Positions 39,693 to 51,980 of a DNA stretch of 64,000 bases are shown in pieces. The notes beneath the pieces are model-generated. The model did no database searches, was not told the DNA's origin, and saw only the letters and a list, made by a program, of their open reading frames with translations. Both the position numbers and the translations under genes were made by a program. Where the stretch lies: assembly GCF_036588685.1 (NCBI RefSeq), contig NC_086383.1, positions 20,708,001 through 20,772,000 on the forward strand. The letters are read 5' to 3'. Each line of letters starts with the position of its first letter. The first letter of the stretch is position 1. Origin of the DNA: Mytilus trossulus. Its lineage: Eukaryota.

Positions 39693-40184
39693 ATAAACTA
39701 AATACGATGCGACAGAAATAACTGAAGCAGGTAACGTGTTTGAAAAATTAATAGATAAACACTACTTACAAAAAGCGTTGAAAACATATCTATACTGTCG
39801 TTGAGTGTTAGCTGCTCTAGATGACAAACAAAGGAAGGTATCTGGTCTACCAGGTGCTGCATGGCTGGAGATTGAGACTGACGAAAAGAACCAATATCAT
39901 TCCATCTTCTGGTTTTGAAAACATCTGAAAAATGTGTTACCCAATCAAGGAGAATTAAACAAGTATTCATATAAATTATTATAATAAAATGCATATGACA
40001 TTAAACAATCAACCATGCCTACTACAATATCATACTACAACATATGATACTAGGGCCATGTCGCTAAACATACTTCATCTTTACATTCTCCACTGAGTAA
40101 TATGTACAAAGTAAAATCTCATTCACCATGTCTCTGCAATACCAAAATTGATATCAGGACCATGTCATTGTGAAACATCACAGA

Positions 40185-42130
40185 CTAGCGTCTAATCTAA
40201 CTGCGAGAACAGTTGATAAAAAAATTTCAGTTCCAAAGATACACTTCGGACTACTTCCTTTTGAATAGATTCTATTCTTTTCTTTAAATTCTAGCACATC
40301 TTTAACATAAGCTTTGTAAGTCAAGTTTTTATTAAAAATATATGACCAGAATGGCGCAGATACCCATCTTGGAACAATTAAAGACCCTTTAGCCTTACAG
40401 TAAATCAGATGTTTAATTGTGCGTATAACTGAATAAATAGGGGGGACAAGCCAATTATTTTCTCCTTTTCAATTTTGTGTAAACGCATCTACAGCTTCTG
40501 CGTTCGGATTCCAGAAAAGTGAGTTAAACCTTTTTGTCTTGTTATTCATCACGCTAGCAAACCTGTCAACAGTAAAAGGTCCCCATAAACTTTCTAAAAA
40601 TTCAAAAAATTCATTTGAAATTTGCCATTCCTCATGATCACTCATTTTGCTAATGTAATCTGCCTTTGAATTCAATGTGCGGGGAATCCATTGTAATTCA
40701 ATTAATATATTATGCTCTTTACAAATACAAAAAATAGAACAGGCAAGATTTTGTAAATCCTCCTTCATACTTCCAGCTTGTACTATACGTACACAATTTT
40801 GGTTATCAGTAAACCATTTTAAACTTTTGACCATAAATAGAGTACTAAACAACAAAAGGGCCTGTTCGATTGCTCTCATCTCTCTCCAGGTGGAGCTTTT
40901 ACATCTCTCTAATTCGTTCCACATTTTGTGAAAAATCTTATTTTCCAATTCTACAGTATAAGCCCCACAGGCTACATTACTAGCATCTGAAAATATTACT
41001 ATCGAAGAAGGGCTGTACATAGCCAATTTCCTTTTATTCAAAGTAATCACATTGGATTTCCAGAACTTAAGCTCATTCAAAATCTCAGCTGGATAAACTA
41101 TTTGTAATAATTTATCCCAGCTCAATCTTTGCACGATGCACAAGTAACAATATCTTGTCATTAATCTAGTCAAATTTCCGAACACGGGTGATAAAGAAAT
41201 GATCTTACCAGTCACTTGAGCTAATTGCATAGCAGAGAAAAACAAACATCTGTCTAAAATTTCATCTATAGACTGTAACAAATCATTTAATCTTCTTTCG
41301 GGAATAGAAATGCAGAATTGAGCAGAATCCCAAGTGATTCCTAACCATTCTAACTTTTGGGTAGGTTCAAAAACAGATTTTTCTACATTGACTAAAAAAA
41401 CAGCCTCTTTTAGTGATTTTTTGACAAAGTCGGAATCTTTTCGACATAATTTGCAATCCGAAGCCATTCCAAAACCATCATCTAAATACAAAACAATATC
41501 AATCGAATTTTGTCTCCAATATTTGACCATAGATCTCAAACATTTCGTAAATAAGTAAGGGCTAGAAGCTAGACCAAAAACTAAAACTGAAAAACAGTAA
41601 TACTTGTTATTCCAGGAAAAACCAAGAAACGTTTGTTGCTGAGGACAAATGTCGTAATGATGATAACCAGACTTTAAATCGAACTTAAACAGACAAGAAC
41701 TTTTTTGAAAAATTGATTATCTGTTTTCCAGTCTTCAAATTTAAATCTCTCTTTTTTGACGAATTTATTTAAAATTGAAAGATCCAATATTAACCTCTTT
41801 TTTCCGGACTTATTGGTGGCAACTGATAAAGGATTAACAATATAAGGCGTAAAGGGAACTTCATATGCACATCCAGAATCAACTAATTCTAAAACGGCTT
41901 TTTCCACAAATTCTGAGTTAGAAACAGCAGATTTATTGTTTTTTGTGCATACTAGGGGGAGGCAATAAAAATGGGATTACATAACCGTTTTTAATTGTAT
42001 CTAAAACAAAACATTAGCTCCAATCTTAACCCAAAAATCGTAATGTTTTGCAAGCCTGCCTTTAACACCTTTAAAGTTATGACTAGCAGAAAACTCTAAT
42101 TTTTCAAGAAATTGAACTTGTGACATAAAT
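40185..42130 (-). pseudogene. pol (RT, RNase H, methyltransferase-like) of copy 1, disrupted
   Basis: Split ORFs 41674-41907 and 40469-41539; 1-bp deletion near 41700 and a premature TGA at 40469 relative to copy 2. Confidence 0.85.
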
Positions 42131-42160
42131 TCGTCAAGTTCGTCGTTATTGCATTCAAAG

Positions 42161-42263
42161 CACAGGCACTTGTCTCAGAATTTTTTTCCCTATATACCTT
42201 ATTATAACACTGTGTTATAATAAGGTATATAGGGAAAAAAAAATTCGGAGACAAGTGCCTGTG
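42161..42263. mobile_element. 103-bp fully palindromic MITE with an 8-bp TSD (ATTCAAAG), inserted in the 5' part of pol
   Basis: ATTCAAAG|CACAGGCACTTGTCTC...GAGACAAGTGCCTGTG|ATTCAAAG; ~50-bp arms with a 1-nt loop. Confidence 0.85.
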
Positions 42264-42322
42264 ATTCAAAGCTAGAAGATAATAAACTTATATCTAGATA
42301 CTTATCATTAACAGTAACTGTA

Positions 42323-43105
42323 TCATTGCTGTTTGGATGGCTGGTAACTAGGTGAAGAAGCTGTGGCTGACTTGAAGTTGAGTGGGCAGTTTCTTTTCCA
42401 GTGACCATACTGCTTGCAGTAGTGACAGATGTCCATGGGGCACGGCTCACGCCGTGCAGTGCTGGTACGAAAGGGCTGTTGATATCGACTGAAGTCGTAA
42501 GCTGGAGGAGGAGCAGTGGCAGTAGCGATACTCCCAACTGCTGGAGAAGGTCTAGCTGTATACGGCTGTGGGCGGGTCTTTTTCTCCTTAATAGTTTTGA
42601 GGGCTCTAGTCTCAGCCTGGCGAATCTTTTTCTCGTCCTCGTCATTTTCAGCGATATCGTTACTTTCATATTCTCTAACCGTAGCCCATCCCCCAGTGGA
42701 GTTATCAGCGACCCTGATGAGTTTGTTTCTTTCTTTAAGTTTACATACCAAATCACCAGTAATAGAAGAAAAGGGAGAAGCAACAGATACGAGATCCTTG
42801 TGGATTTTGTTAAGGCCATCCAAAATGTTCTCATTAAATCGAAACTGAATACGGTTCCCTTCTGATTTGAACTTAATATTAGCCTCATCTCTGAATTTCT
42901 TAGATAAATTGTCTTGTTCTGACAGAATGTCGGACTTCAAATCAACAAGTTTCTTATCCAAATAGTCTTTAAAAAGGCCAAAAGTGTCTACTAAGTCACG
43001 GTTTTGATTAGCTTGTGAATTTGAAGCATTAAGACGTTCGGGTTGACCATGTAAGGGGTCCCTTAACAAATCTTCTTCATTCAGATCGAGCACTGGTTCG
43101 GACAT
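42323..43105 (-). CDS. gag of the YR retrotransposon, copy 1
   Basis: ATG at 43105 (MSEPVLD); FKSEGNRIQFRFN, LKERNKLIRVAD..GGWATVREY, and CHYCKQYGHWKRNC zinc knuckle. Confidence 0.85.
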   Translation of the reverse strand: MSEPVLDLNEEDLLRDPLHGQPERLNASNSQANQNRDLVDTFGLFKDYLDKKLVDLKSDILSEQDNLSKKFRDEANIKFKSEGNRIQFRFNENILDGLNKIHKDLVSVASPFSSITGDLVCKLKERNKLIRVADNSTGGWATVREYESNDIAENDEDEKKIRQAETRALKTIKEKKTRPQPYTARPSPAVGSIATATAPPPAYDFSRYQQPFRTSTARREPCPMDICHYCKQYGHWKRNCPLNFKSATASSPSYQPSKQQ

Positions 43106-43507
43106 ATCTTTACCTAAACTAAGCTGCCATACCTTGTATGCGTGTCTTGTATTTGTATATTTAACAATGGCACTCAATTGTGCGATTTTTTATTTTTTTT
43201 TTTATTGTTGTTAGATATACTAACCATGAGATATTGAATATTGATTTGGCATAATTTTGCCCCTAGATGTCTTTTTTTTTTGTATTTTTTTTACTTTGGA
43301 TTGATGTCTCATATAAGTCAACCCCTTTTCGAAAGAAGTATTATGTTAACGTCGTTACAAAACTTTGAGTTTTTGAAAAACTAAGGCTTTTCTACCTCAG
43401 GAATAGATTGCCTTAGCTGTATTTGGCTAAACTTTTATGAATTTTTGGTCCACAATACTCTTTAACTTCGTACCTTATTAGACCCTTAAAACATTTTTTT
43501 ATTCGAA

Positions 43508-43549
43508 CGTCACTGATGAGCCTTTTTGAGACGAAACGTGCGTCTGGCG
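43508..43549 (+). ncRNA. Hammerhead ribozyme motif (segmental copy 2)
   Basis: CGTCA-CTGATGA-GCCT TTTTG AGAC-GAAAC GTGC GTC-TGGCG. Confidence 0.65.
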
Positions 43550-44116
43550 TAATCATAGAATTTTAATCCAGATATCTATGATGATTTTATTCATAAAGTT
43601 AATGTCCATTGTAGATAATAACACAAAAATCAGATTCATTGAATTTTGAAAAAAAGTACATTTTCATAGTACGAAAAAAAATCATTAATTAGATATAAGA
43701 ATATTTGGTATGAGTGCCAATGAGACATCTCTCCATTACTGTCACACTTATTGAAAGTAAACCACTACATTTTAGGTATAGGTACTGTTTTAAACCCAGA
43801 ACCATTAAACATGTGTTACGAGATATAATGGACATTTTGTCAATATCAAAGCCTATTTTTTTTATCTTGTATGCAAGTATTTAATGAGTCTTGGTGAAGA
43901 TGGATGGTATTTTCAAGAAGAAATCAAACGATATATTTTCAAAAAAAGTCATCGACGTATTTGAGAACAAATCAGACAACGATATACTAGCACATAAAAG
44001 TGGCGGCATAGATGTCTTTGAGACGAAAGAAGATATCTTTGAAAACCCAGGCTATCAAGCTAACATTTTCCCCGGAGACAAAGAGACAGAATATCATGAA
44101 CCAACAGTAAAAGATA

Positions 44117-44671
44117 AACCACTTCAGGTAAATATACTTACTAGAATAAACCCCTTCATGTGTATGTACTTTTTAGAATAAACCCCTTCAGGAGTATGTA
44201 CTTACTAGAATAAAACCCTTCAGGTGTATGTACTTACTAGAATAAACCCCTTCAGGTGTATGTACTTACTAGAATAAACCCCTTCAGATATATGTACTTA
44301 CTAGAATAAACCCCTTCAGGTGTATGTACTTACTAGAATAAACCCCTTCAGGTGTATGTACTTACTAGAATAAACCCCTACAGGTATATGTACTAATTAG
44401 AATAAACCACTTCAGGTATATGTACTTACTAGAATTAACCCCTCCAGGTGCATGTACTAATTAGAATAAACCACTTCAGGTGTATGTACTTACTAGAATA
44501 AACCCCTTCGGGTGTATGTACTTACTAGAATTAACCCCTTCAGATATATGTACTTACTAGAATTAACCCCTCCAGGTGCATGTACTAATTAGAATAAACC
44601 TCTTCAGGTGTATGTACTTACTAAAATAAACCTCTTCAGGTGTATGTACTTACTAGAATAAACTACTCCAG
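44117..44671 (+). repeat. 32-bp minisatellite, ~17 units (copy 2)
   Basis: Same unit as 34909-35497. Confidence 0.95.
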
Positions 44672-46335
44672 GCAGGGTTTCCGCTGGCGCCATTTTTGCA
44701 ATTTGCGAAAAAAATAATAATTGTGGCGATAAAATTTCGTCATTTGCGAAAGAATTTGGCGAAAGAAATATAAAGAACGATTTATTTTCCTCCATCTTGT
44801 TTATTTACTTTTTTCGAGTTTCTCGGACTTTACCCGATCAGACAATACTCGGAAATCACCTTGACCTCATTAACGTCTGGACAGAAAATGAATAATCAGC
44901 TGATTACATTTTATTTCTATCGACAACAAAGGACTATATTAATAAAGGTGCTGATTGAATTGTTTGACAAAATGATATGATTAAATGGCTTCTGCTAAAT
45001 TCATTTTCTGTCCAGACGTTAATGAGGTCAAGGTGATTTCCGAGTATTGTCTGATCGGGTAAAGTCCGAGAAACTCGAAAAAAGTAAATAAACAAGATGG
45101 AGGAAAATAAATCGTTTTATATATTTCTTTCGCCAAATTCTTTCGCAAATGACGAATTTTTATCGCCACAATTATTATTTTTTTCGCAAATTGCGAAAAT
45201 GGCGACCGCCAGCGGAAACCCTGCCTGGAGTAGTTTATTCTAGTAAGTACATACACCTGAAGAGGTTTATTGTAGTAAGTACATACACCTGAAGAGGTTT
45301 ATTCTAATTAGTACATGCACCTGGAGGGGTTAATTCTAGTAAGTACATATATCTGAAGGGGTTAATTCTAGTAAGTACATACACCCGAAGGGGTTTATTC
45401 TAGTAAGTTCATATACCTGGAGTCAGGGTTTCCCCATGGTCTATTATTTTTTTCGCCACCTCTTTCGCCAAAACAATATATTTTTCGCCACATTATTATT
45501 TTTTTCGCCAAATAACATAACTATATTTTTTGTTTAAAATTTTAATTTTTTTCTACCCCCCCCCCCCCCTTTCCCCCTTTCACTTAAATAAGATGATTTT
45601 GCCCATTGTGTCTATGATTATGCTCTCAAACTTATTTTTTAATTTAAAAGGGAAAACTATTCATTGTATTTTAAACAACTTTTGTAATTGATTGGGCCAC
45701 TATACTTTTAATAATAAAGAATATATACGTCCTGGAATATAACAAATTATTGGACATGTTTTGATTATATAATACCAGTATATTTCGTAGGGAAAGTTTC
45801 TTTAAAAGAAAAATACTGATGTTCCCTTTCGTACTAAGAAGTTTTTTTACAACGAAACAAAAGCTTTTATCACATGAAATTGATCCCTCGTTTCATGTGT
45901 AGTCATTTCATCGAAGGGCTGTTCTCAATCGAGCCAACCTTTTGGATAGATTTCTTCATAACGACAGTTTTCTTTTTTTTCTTGACCATCGTAAATGAAA
46001 CTTACTAATTAGAATAAACCACTCCAGGTATATGTACTTACTAGAATAGTCCCCATCAGGTGTATGAACTAATTAGAATAAACCACTTTGAGTATATGTA
46101 CGGTAGCCTATAATTGTTAATGTCTGTGTCATATTGGTCTCTTGTGGACAGTTTTGTCATTGGTAATTATACCACATCTTCTTTTTAATATTACCAGAAT
46201 AAAACCCTTCAGGTATTTGTACTTACTTAAACAAACCACTCAATGTATATGTACTCACCAGATTTGACTGTTTAGGTGTGTTGTTTCGATTGATATCTTA
46301 TACTGAGTATATGCTGGAGACAGGACCTGTTTGTA

Positions 46336-46996
46336 CGGAAGCCGGTAAGTGTCAGGGTAGAGTTTTATTTTTAAGTTGATATAACGACTTAGCTAACGTG
46401 GTTTAACAACTTAGCTAACGTGGTTTAACAACTTAGCTAAGTTGTTTTAACGACTTAGCATATTTATCTTGTTTAACAACTTGGCTAACTTGTTATAACG
46501 ACTTAGCTTACTTGTTTAAACAACTTAGCTAACTCGTTTAAACAACTTAGCTTACTCGTTAAAACGACTTAGGTTACTTGTTATAACGGCTTAGCTGATT
46601 TAACTCGTTATAACAACTAAGCTAACTCGTTATTACGACTTAGCTAAGTCGTTTAAACAACTAAGCTATCTCGTTAAAACAACTTAGCTAAGTTGTTTAA
46701 ACGAAATAGCAAATTTGTTTAAACGACTTAGCTAGGTCGTTATAACGAGTTACCTAAGTTGTTATAACGAGTTTAATTAGCTTATTAGTTAAAACAAGAT
46801 AGCTTAATTGTTTAAATAAGTAAGCTAAGTTGTTTTAACAAGTTAGCTAAGTCGTTTACACAAATAAGCTAAGTCGTTATAACAAGTTAGCTAAGTTTTT
46901 ATAACAAGATAAATATGTTAAGTCGATATAACAACTTAGATAAGTCGCTATAACGACTTAAATATAAAACTCCACCCTGACACTAACCGGCTTCCG
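46336..46996. mobile_element. Same TA-flanked MITE (copy 2, 44 bp longer)
   Basis: Identical TIRs with extra internal repeat units. Confidence 0.85.
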
Positions 46997-48600
46997 TACA
47001 TTTCCGTTGAACTTCAGATCACCCCAATTTTTGGCATGGGGTTCGTGTTTTGTCAGTATTTAGTTTGTTCTGTGACCTAAACTTGTTATTTTCTGTGTCA
47101 TCTGGGCTCGTGTTGAAAGTTGTCTCATTGACAATTATACCTATATCTTCTTTTTTTGTATTTATTCTTACAGGTTGCAGATATACTATGCCATGGGAAA
47201 TTCCGAAAGAACAGATGTCATGCCAAGGTCATACAGAGGACGCTTGAACTTTATATGAAAGGAGAAGATAAAAACTTAAAAAAGAAACTGACTGCAGTTA
47301 AACCAAAGAGAGTGACAATTAAGGATGATTTAGAGTGGTAGGGATAAATTCTGAACTTAGAACAGTTATCCATAAATGAAAGACACCATTCAAGTGCAAC
47401 TTTGCTGGATTCGATCCAAGCAGTGCAAGGTGAAAAATAAAGAAATCTTTGCAGTCGGGATAATTATCAACCGTTTTGTCAAAAGTCGGAAAAGTACTGT
47501 GTGGTTCCGATTGCTCCGTTCAGTGAATGCGAAAATAATTCATAAGGAACCAGTGTGATTTGTTTATTCATAAAAAGGTGTTTTATTCTATTGACTGTTT
47601 GCTTAATCCATGGTTTGTTTACGTATTCCAAGATGAAAAGCTAACGGAGTGCCACCCATAATTCTTGATGCCACGCTTCTGTGTTTATTTAGCATTACTG
47701 GTTCCCTTGAAATGTTTAGAAGATGAAAACTGTGAGGTATCATGAAAAATATATGACTTTTGGAAGAGTGTCCGACTATGAAAAAACGGTTAAGCCCTCA
47801 CGTAACAATCTGTGTTTCGTAGTACAAATGTAGTTATATTCTTATTCGTCACCTCAAACGCATATAAAGTATTTATAAAATAAAAACAAACACTTGTTAC
47901 ATAGGAATAGCTCGCCAGCATGTGCAGCTTACTGTTAAATTTTATTAAATCAAAATATTGAGTCCCGATGTCATGATATCGGTCACACCGCTGCGTAGTA
48001 CACGACAGCCTACAAAATAGAAGAACAAAATCAGAAATCATATATACATATAAATCTTAATAATCAAACAAACAATGTCCTACTGATAGTATAAATATCT
48101 TTCTATCTATGCGTGAAAACATTTCAAATATACAAGCATCTTAATCCGGGAGGGGGGGGTCTTTACCTAAACTAAGTTGCCTTACTGAACGGTATACGAG
48201 CTTCGAATGACCATATATCTTAAATTACTTAAACAAGACAACTATTCGCGCTTTAAAAATCCCGTGCTATTTACATAACAAATATCATACTCAATATATT
48301 TACGCAATGCGATAAATATTGACCAATCCGAAATATCATATATTTAAAACACAAACCTGTTTATCCAATATAAACACCAATAGATGACCACTATGCGGAC
48401 ACACAATCACGTGTGATTGTTTACATAATAGAAAACACGTTTATGCTCAACTTTAATAAATACATTTATATTCTAATTCGTCACCACAAACGCATATAAA
48501 GTATTTATAAAATAAAAACAAACACTTGTTACATAGGAATAGCTCGCCAGCATGTGCAGCTATTTTCGACTAAACAAAGAAAGGCGCAATTGTGTGCTTT

Positions 48601-49386
48601 TTAAATTCCTAAATTTTTAGTTACTGTTAGACGTTCACTGATGTTATCTTTGACATATCCGTCCTTAGCCCGATCTGATTTCCAGCGACCATGTTTTTTG
48701 AAGATTCTATCTTCCACATGCGCATTTGCAGCAGCAGTGGCGCCTCCGGACCTCAAACTATGCAAACCAAAATACTTTTTGTCTAAACCAATAGATGTTA
48801 AAGTAGATAACAGAATGTCTCTTGCAGTAGTATAAGAAAGCTTACCATTTCTTAATTTGTAACCATTTACAGATTTACAAAAAGAAAAAGGACGAAAAAT
48901 CAAACCATTACTGTCCGACTTGATGTTTGCTAAATCTAAATATTTCATCAACATTTGAACGGGACATGTAATTTTGTCCGTTTTTTAAATGAGTACATCT
49001 CTACCCTCACGGTAAATATCAGTTTTACTACTCTCTATCAGTAAACTGATGTACGAATCATGAAAAACAATATTATTTCTTGTCAGATTTGCTAATTCTG
49101 AATACCTCAAAAATCCAGCAAAACTTATAAGGCACATACATGCTATTCTAACATCTTTCAGATTAGATTTATCGTTACCATAAAGCATAAAGATTTGATA
49201 CAAAATTTCTGGTGTTATAGGTTCTTTCTTAACCACAATGTGTCCAACAGATCTCAAAGATCCTTCCTTCACAGAAATAACCAAATCTGATTTACACGGA
49301 TTTTCAACTCCGGCTAATCTATGAGCACAACTTATAGCATAAAAAGCTTCATTTATGCTGATAGTAGATTTACCAATATTAGTCAA
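48601..49386 (-). pseudogene. Tyrosine recombinase of copy 2 with a premature stop at 48985
   Basis: TCA changed to TAA relative to copy 1, splitting the ORF into 48985-49386 and 48601-48954. Confidence 0.85.
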
Positions 49387-49989
49387 ATAAACTAAATACG
49401 ATGCGACAGAAATAACTGAAGCAGGTAACGTGTTTGAAAAATTAATAGATAAACACTACTTACAAAAAGCGTTGAAAACATATCTATACTGTACTGTCGT
49501 TGAGTGTTAGCTGCTCTAGATGACAAACAAAGGAAGGTATCTGGTCTACCAGGTGCTGCATGGCTGGAGATTGAGACTGACGAAAAGAACCAATATCATT
49601 CCATCTTCTGGTTTTGAAAACATCTGAAAATGTGTTACCCAATCAAGGAGAATTAAACAAGTATTCATATAAATTATTATAATAAAATGCATATGACATT
49701 AAACAATCAACCATGCCTACTACAATATCCTACTTCAACATATGATACTAGGGCCATGTCGCTAAACATACTTCATCTTTACATTCTCCACTGAGTAATA
49801 TGTACAACGTAAAATCTCCTTCACCATGTCTCTGTAATACCAAAATTGATATCAGAACCATGTCATTGTGAAACATCACAGACTAGCGTCTAATCTAACT
49901 GCGAGAACAGTTGATAAAAAAATTTTCAGTTCCAAAGATACACTTCGGACTACTTCCTTTTGAATAGATTCTATTCGTTTCTTTAAATT

Positions 49990-51612
49990 CTAGCACATCA
50001 CATCTTTAACATAAGCTTTGTAAGTCAAGTTTTTATTAAAAATATATGACCAGAATGGCGCAGATACCCATCTTGGAACAATTAAAGACCCTTTAGCCTT
50101 ACAGTAAATCAGATGTTTAATTGTGCGTATAACTGAATAAATAGGGGGGACAAGCCAATTATTTTCTCCATTCCAATTTTGTGTAAACGCATCTACAGCT
50201 TCTGCGTTCGGATTCCAGAAAAGTGAGTTAAACCTTTTTGTCTTGTTATTCATCACGCTAGCAACCCAATCAACAGTAAAAGGTCCCCATAAACTTTCTA
50301 AAAATTCAAAAAATTCATTTGAAATTTGCCATTCCTCATGATCACTCATTTTGCTAATGTAATCTGCCTTTGAATTCAATGTGCGGGGAATCCATTGTAA
50401 TTCAATTAATATATTATGCTCTTTACAAATACAAAAAATAGAATAGGCAAGATTTTGTAAATCTTCCTTCATACTTCCAGCTTGTACTATACGTACACAA
50501 TTTTGGTTATCAGTAAACCATTTTAAACTTTTGCCCATAAATAGAGTACTAAACAACAAAAGGGCCTGTTCGATTGCTCTCATCTCTCTCCAGGTGGAGC
50601 TTTTACATCTCTCTAATTCGTTCCACATTTTGTGAAAAATCTTATTTTCCAATTCTACAGTATTAGCCCCACAGGCTACACTACTAGCATCTGAAAATAT
50701 TACTATCGAAGAAGGGCTGTACATAGCCAATTTCTTTTTATTCAAAGTAATCACATTGGTTTTCCAGAACTTAAGCTCATTCAAAATCTCAGCTGGATAA
50801 ACTATTTGTAATAATTTATCCCAGCTCAATCTTTGCACGATGCACAAGTAGCAATATCTTGTCATCAATCTAGTCAAATTTCCGAACACGGGTGATAAAG
50901 AAATGATCTTACCAGTCACTTGAGCTAATTGCATAGCAGAGAAAAACAAACATATGTCTAAAATTTCATCTATAGACTGTAACAAATCATTTAATCTTCT
51001 TTCGGGAATAGAAATGCAGAATTGAGCAGAATCCCAAGTGATTCCTAACCATTCTAACTTTTGGGTAGGTTCAAAAACAGATTTTTCTACATTGACTAAA
51101 AAAACAGCCTCTTTTAGTGATTTTTTGACAAAGTCTGAATCTTTCCGACATAATTCGTAATCCGAAGCCATTCCAAAACCATCATCTAAATACAAAACAA
51201 TATCAATCGAATTTTGTCTCCAATATTTGACCATAGATCTCAAACATTTCGTAAATAAGTAAGGGCTAGAAGCTAGACCAAAAACTAAAACTGAAAAACA
51301 GTAATACTTGTTATTCCAGGAAAAACCAAGAAACGTTTGTTGCTGAGGACAAATGTCGTAATGATGATAACCAGACTTTAAATCGAACTTAAACAGACAA
51401 GAACCTTTTTTGAAAAATTGAATATCTGTTTTCCAGTCTTCAAATTTAAATCTCTCTTTTTTGACGGATTTATTTAAAATTGAAAGATCCAATATTAACC
51501 TCTTTTTTCCGGACTTATTGGTGGCAACTGATAAAGGATTAACAATATAAGGCGTAAAGGGAACTTCATATGCACATCCAGAATCAACTAATTCTAAAAC
51601 GGCTTTTTCCAC
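49990..51612 (-). CDS. pol (RT, RNase H, methyltransferase-like) of copy 2, main open part
   Basis: KKRLILDLS, FDLKSGYHH, FGLASSP, YLDDG; RNase H FSDAS...WREMRA...TDN...N.KAD; MT-like VDAFTQNW...WLVPP. Frameshifts at both ends. Confidence 0.88.
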   Translation of the reverse strand: MEKAVLELVDSGCAYEVPFTPYIVNPLSVATNKSGKKRLILDLSILNKSVKKERFKFEDWKTDIQFFKKGSCLFKFDLKSGYHHYDICPQQQTFLGFSWNNKYYCFSVLVFGLASSPYLFTKCLRSMVKYWRQNSIDIVLYLDDGFGMASDYELCRKDSDFVKKSLKEAVFLVNVEKSVFEPTQKLEWLGITWDSAQFCISIPERRLNDLLQSIDEILDICLFFSAMQLAQVTGKIISLSPVFGNLTRLMTRYCYLCIVQRLSWDKLLQIVYPAEILNELKFWKTNVITLNKKKLAMYSPSSIVIFSDASSVACGANTVELENKIFHKMWNELERCKSSTWREMRAIEQALLLFSTLFMGKSLKWFTDNQNCVRIVQAGSMKEDLQNLAYSIFCICKEHNILIELQWIPRTLNSKADYISKMSDHEEWQISNEFFEFLESLWGPFTVDWVASVMNNKTKRFNSLFWNPNAEAVDAFTQNWNGENNWLVPPIYSVIRTIKHLIYCKAKGSLIVPRWVSAPFWSYIFNKNLTYKAYVKDVMC

Positions 51613-51866
51613 AAATTCTGAGTTAGAAACAGCAGATTTATTGTTTTTTGTGCATACTAGGGGGAGGCACTAAAAATGGGATTACATAACCGTTTTTAAT
51701 TGTATCTAAAACAAAATCATTAGCTCCAATCTTAACCCAAAAATCGTAATGTTTTGCAAGCCTGCCTTTAACACCTTTAAAGTTATGACTAGCAGAAAAC
51801 TCTAATTTTTCAAGAAATTGAACTTGTGACATAAATTCGTCAAGTTCGTCGTTATTGCATTCAAAG

Positions 51867-51921
51867 CACAGCCACTTGTCTCAGAATTTTTTCCCTAAAA
51901 TTTCGGAGACAAGTGCCTGTG
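51867..51921. mobile_element. Shorter (55-bp) version of the palindromic MITE, same TSD
   Basis: Same termini and ATTCAAAG flanks; the hairpin tip is absent. Confidence 0.8.
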
Positions 51922-51980
51922 ATTCAAAGCTAGAAGATGAAAAACTTATATCTAGATACTTATCATTAACAGTAACTGTA

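Larger units (their letters stand above)
33927..43128 (+). repeat. Tandem segmental repeat, copy 1 (9202 bp)
   Basis: ATACCTTGTATGCGTGTCTTG starts at 33927, 43129 and 52787; contents are colinear and nearly identical. Confidence 0.95.
38772..43128 (-). mobile_element. PAT-like (DIRS order) tyrosine-recombinase retrotransposon, copy 1; 5'-truncated and defective
   Basis: gag with CCHC knuckle, RT (YLDD), RNase H, MT-like region and YR on the minus strand; single hybrid B repeat at 38772-38867. Confidence 0.9.
43884..47341 (+). pseudogene. Disrupted duplicate of the small orphan gene (copy 2)
   Basis: Upstream acceptor CAG changed to CAA, and one extra base after ATGAGTCTTGGT relative to copy 1; second exon at ~47174-47341. 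Confidence 0.45.

Noticed and set aside
42401-42865. Plus-strand ORFs antisense to gag (also 52059-52523)
   Set aside because: Antisense shadows of gag with no independent evidence.
43106-43177. N-terminal 24 aa of the 284-aa gag ORFs (also 52764-52835)
   Set aside because: The frame runs through the duplication junction into unrelated flanking DNA from a non-ATG start; the likely real start is MSEPVLD at 43105 / 52763.
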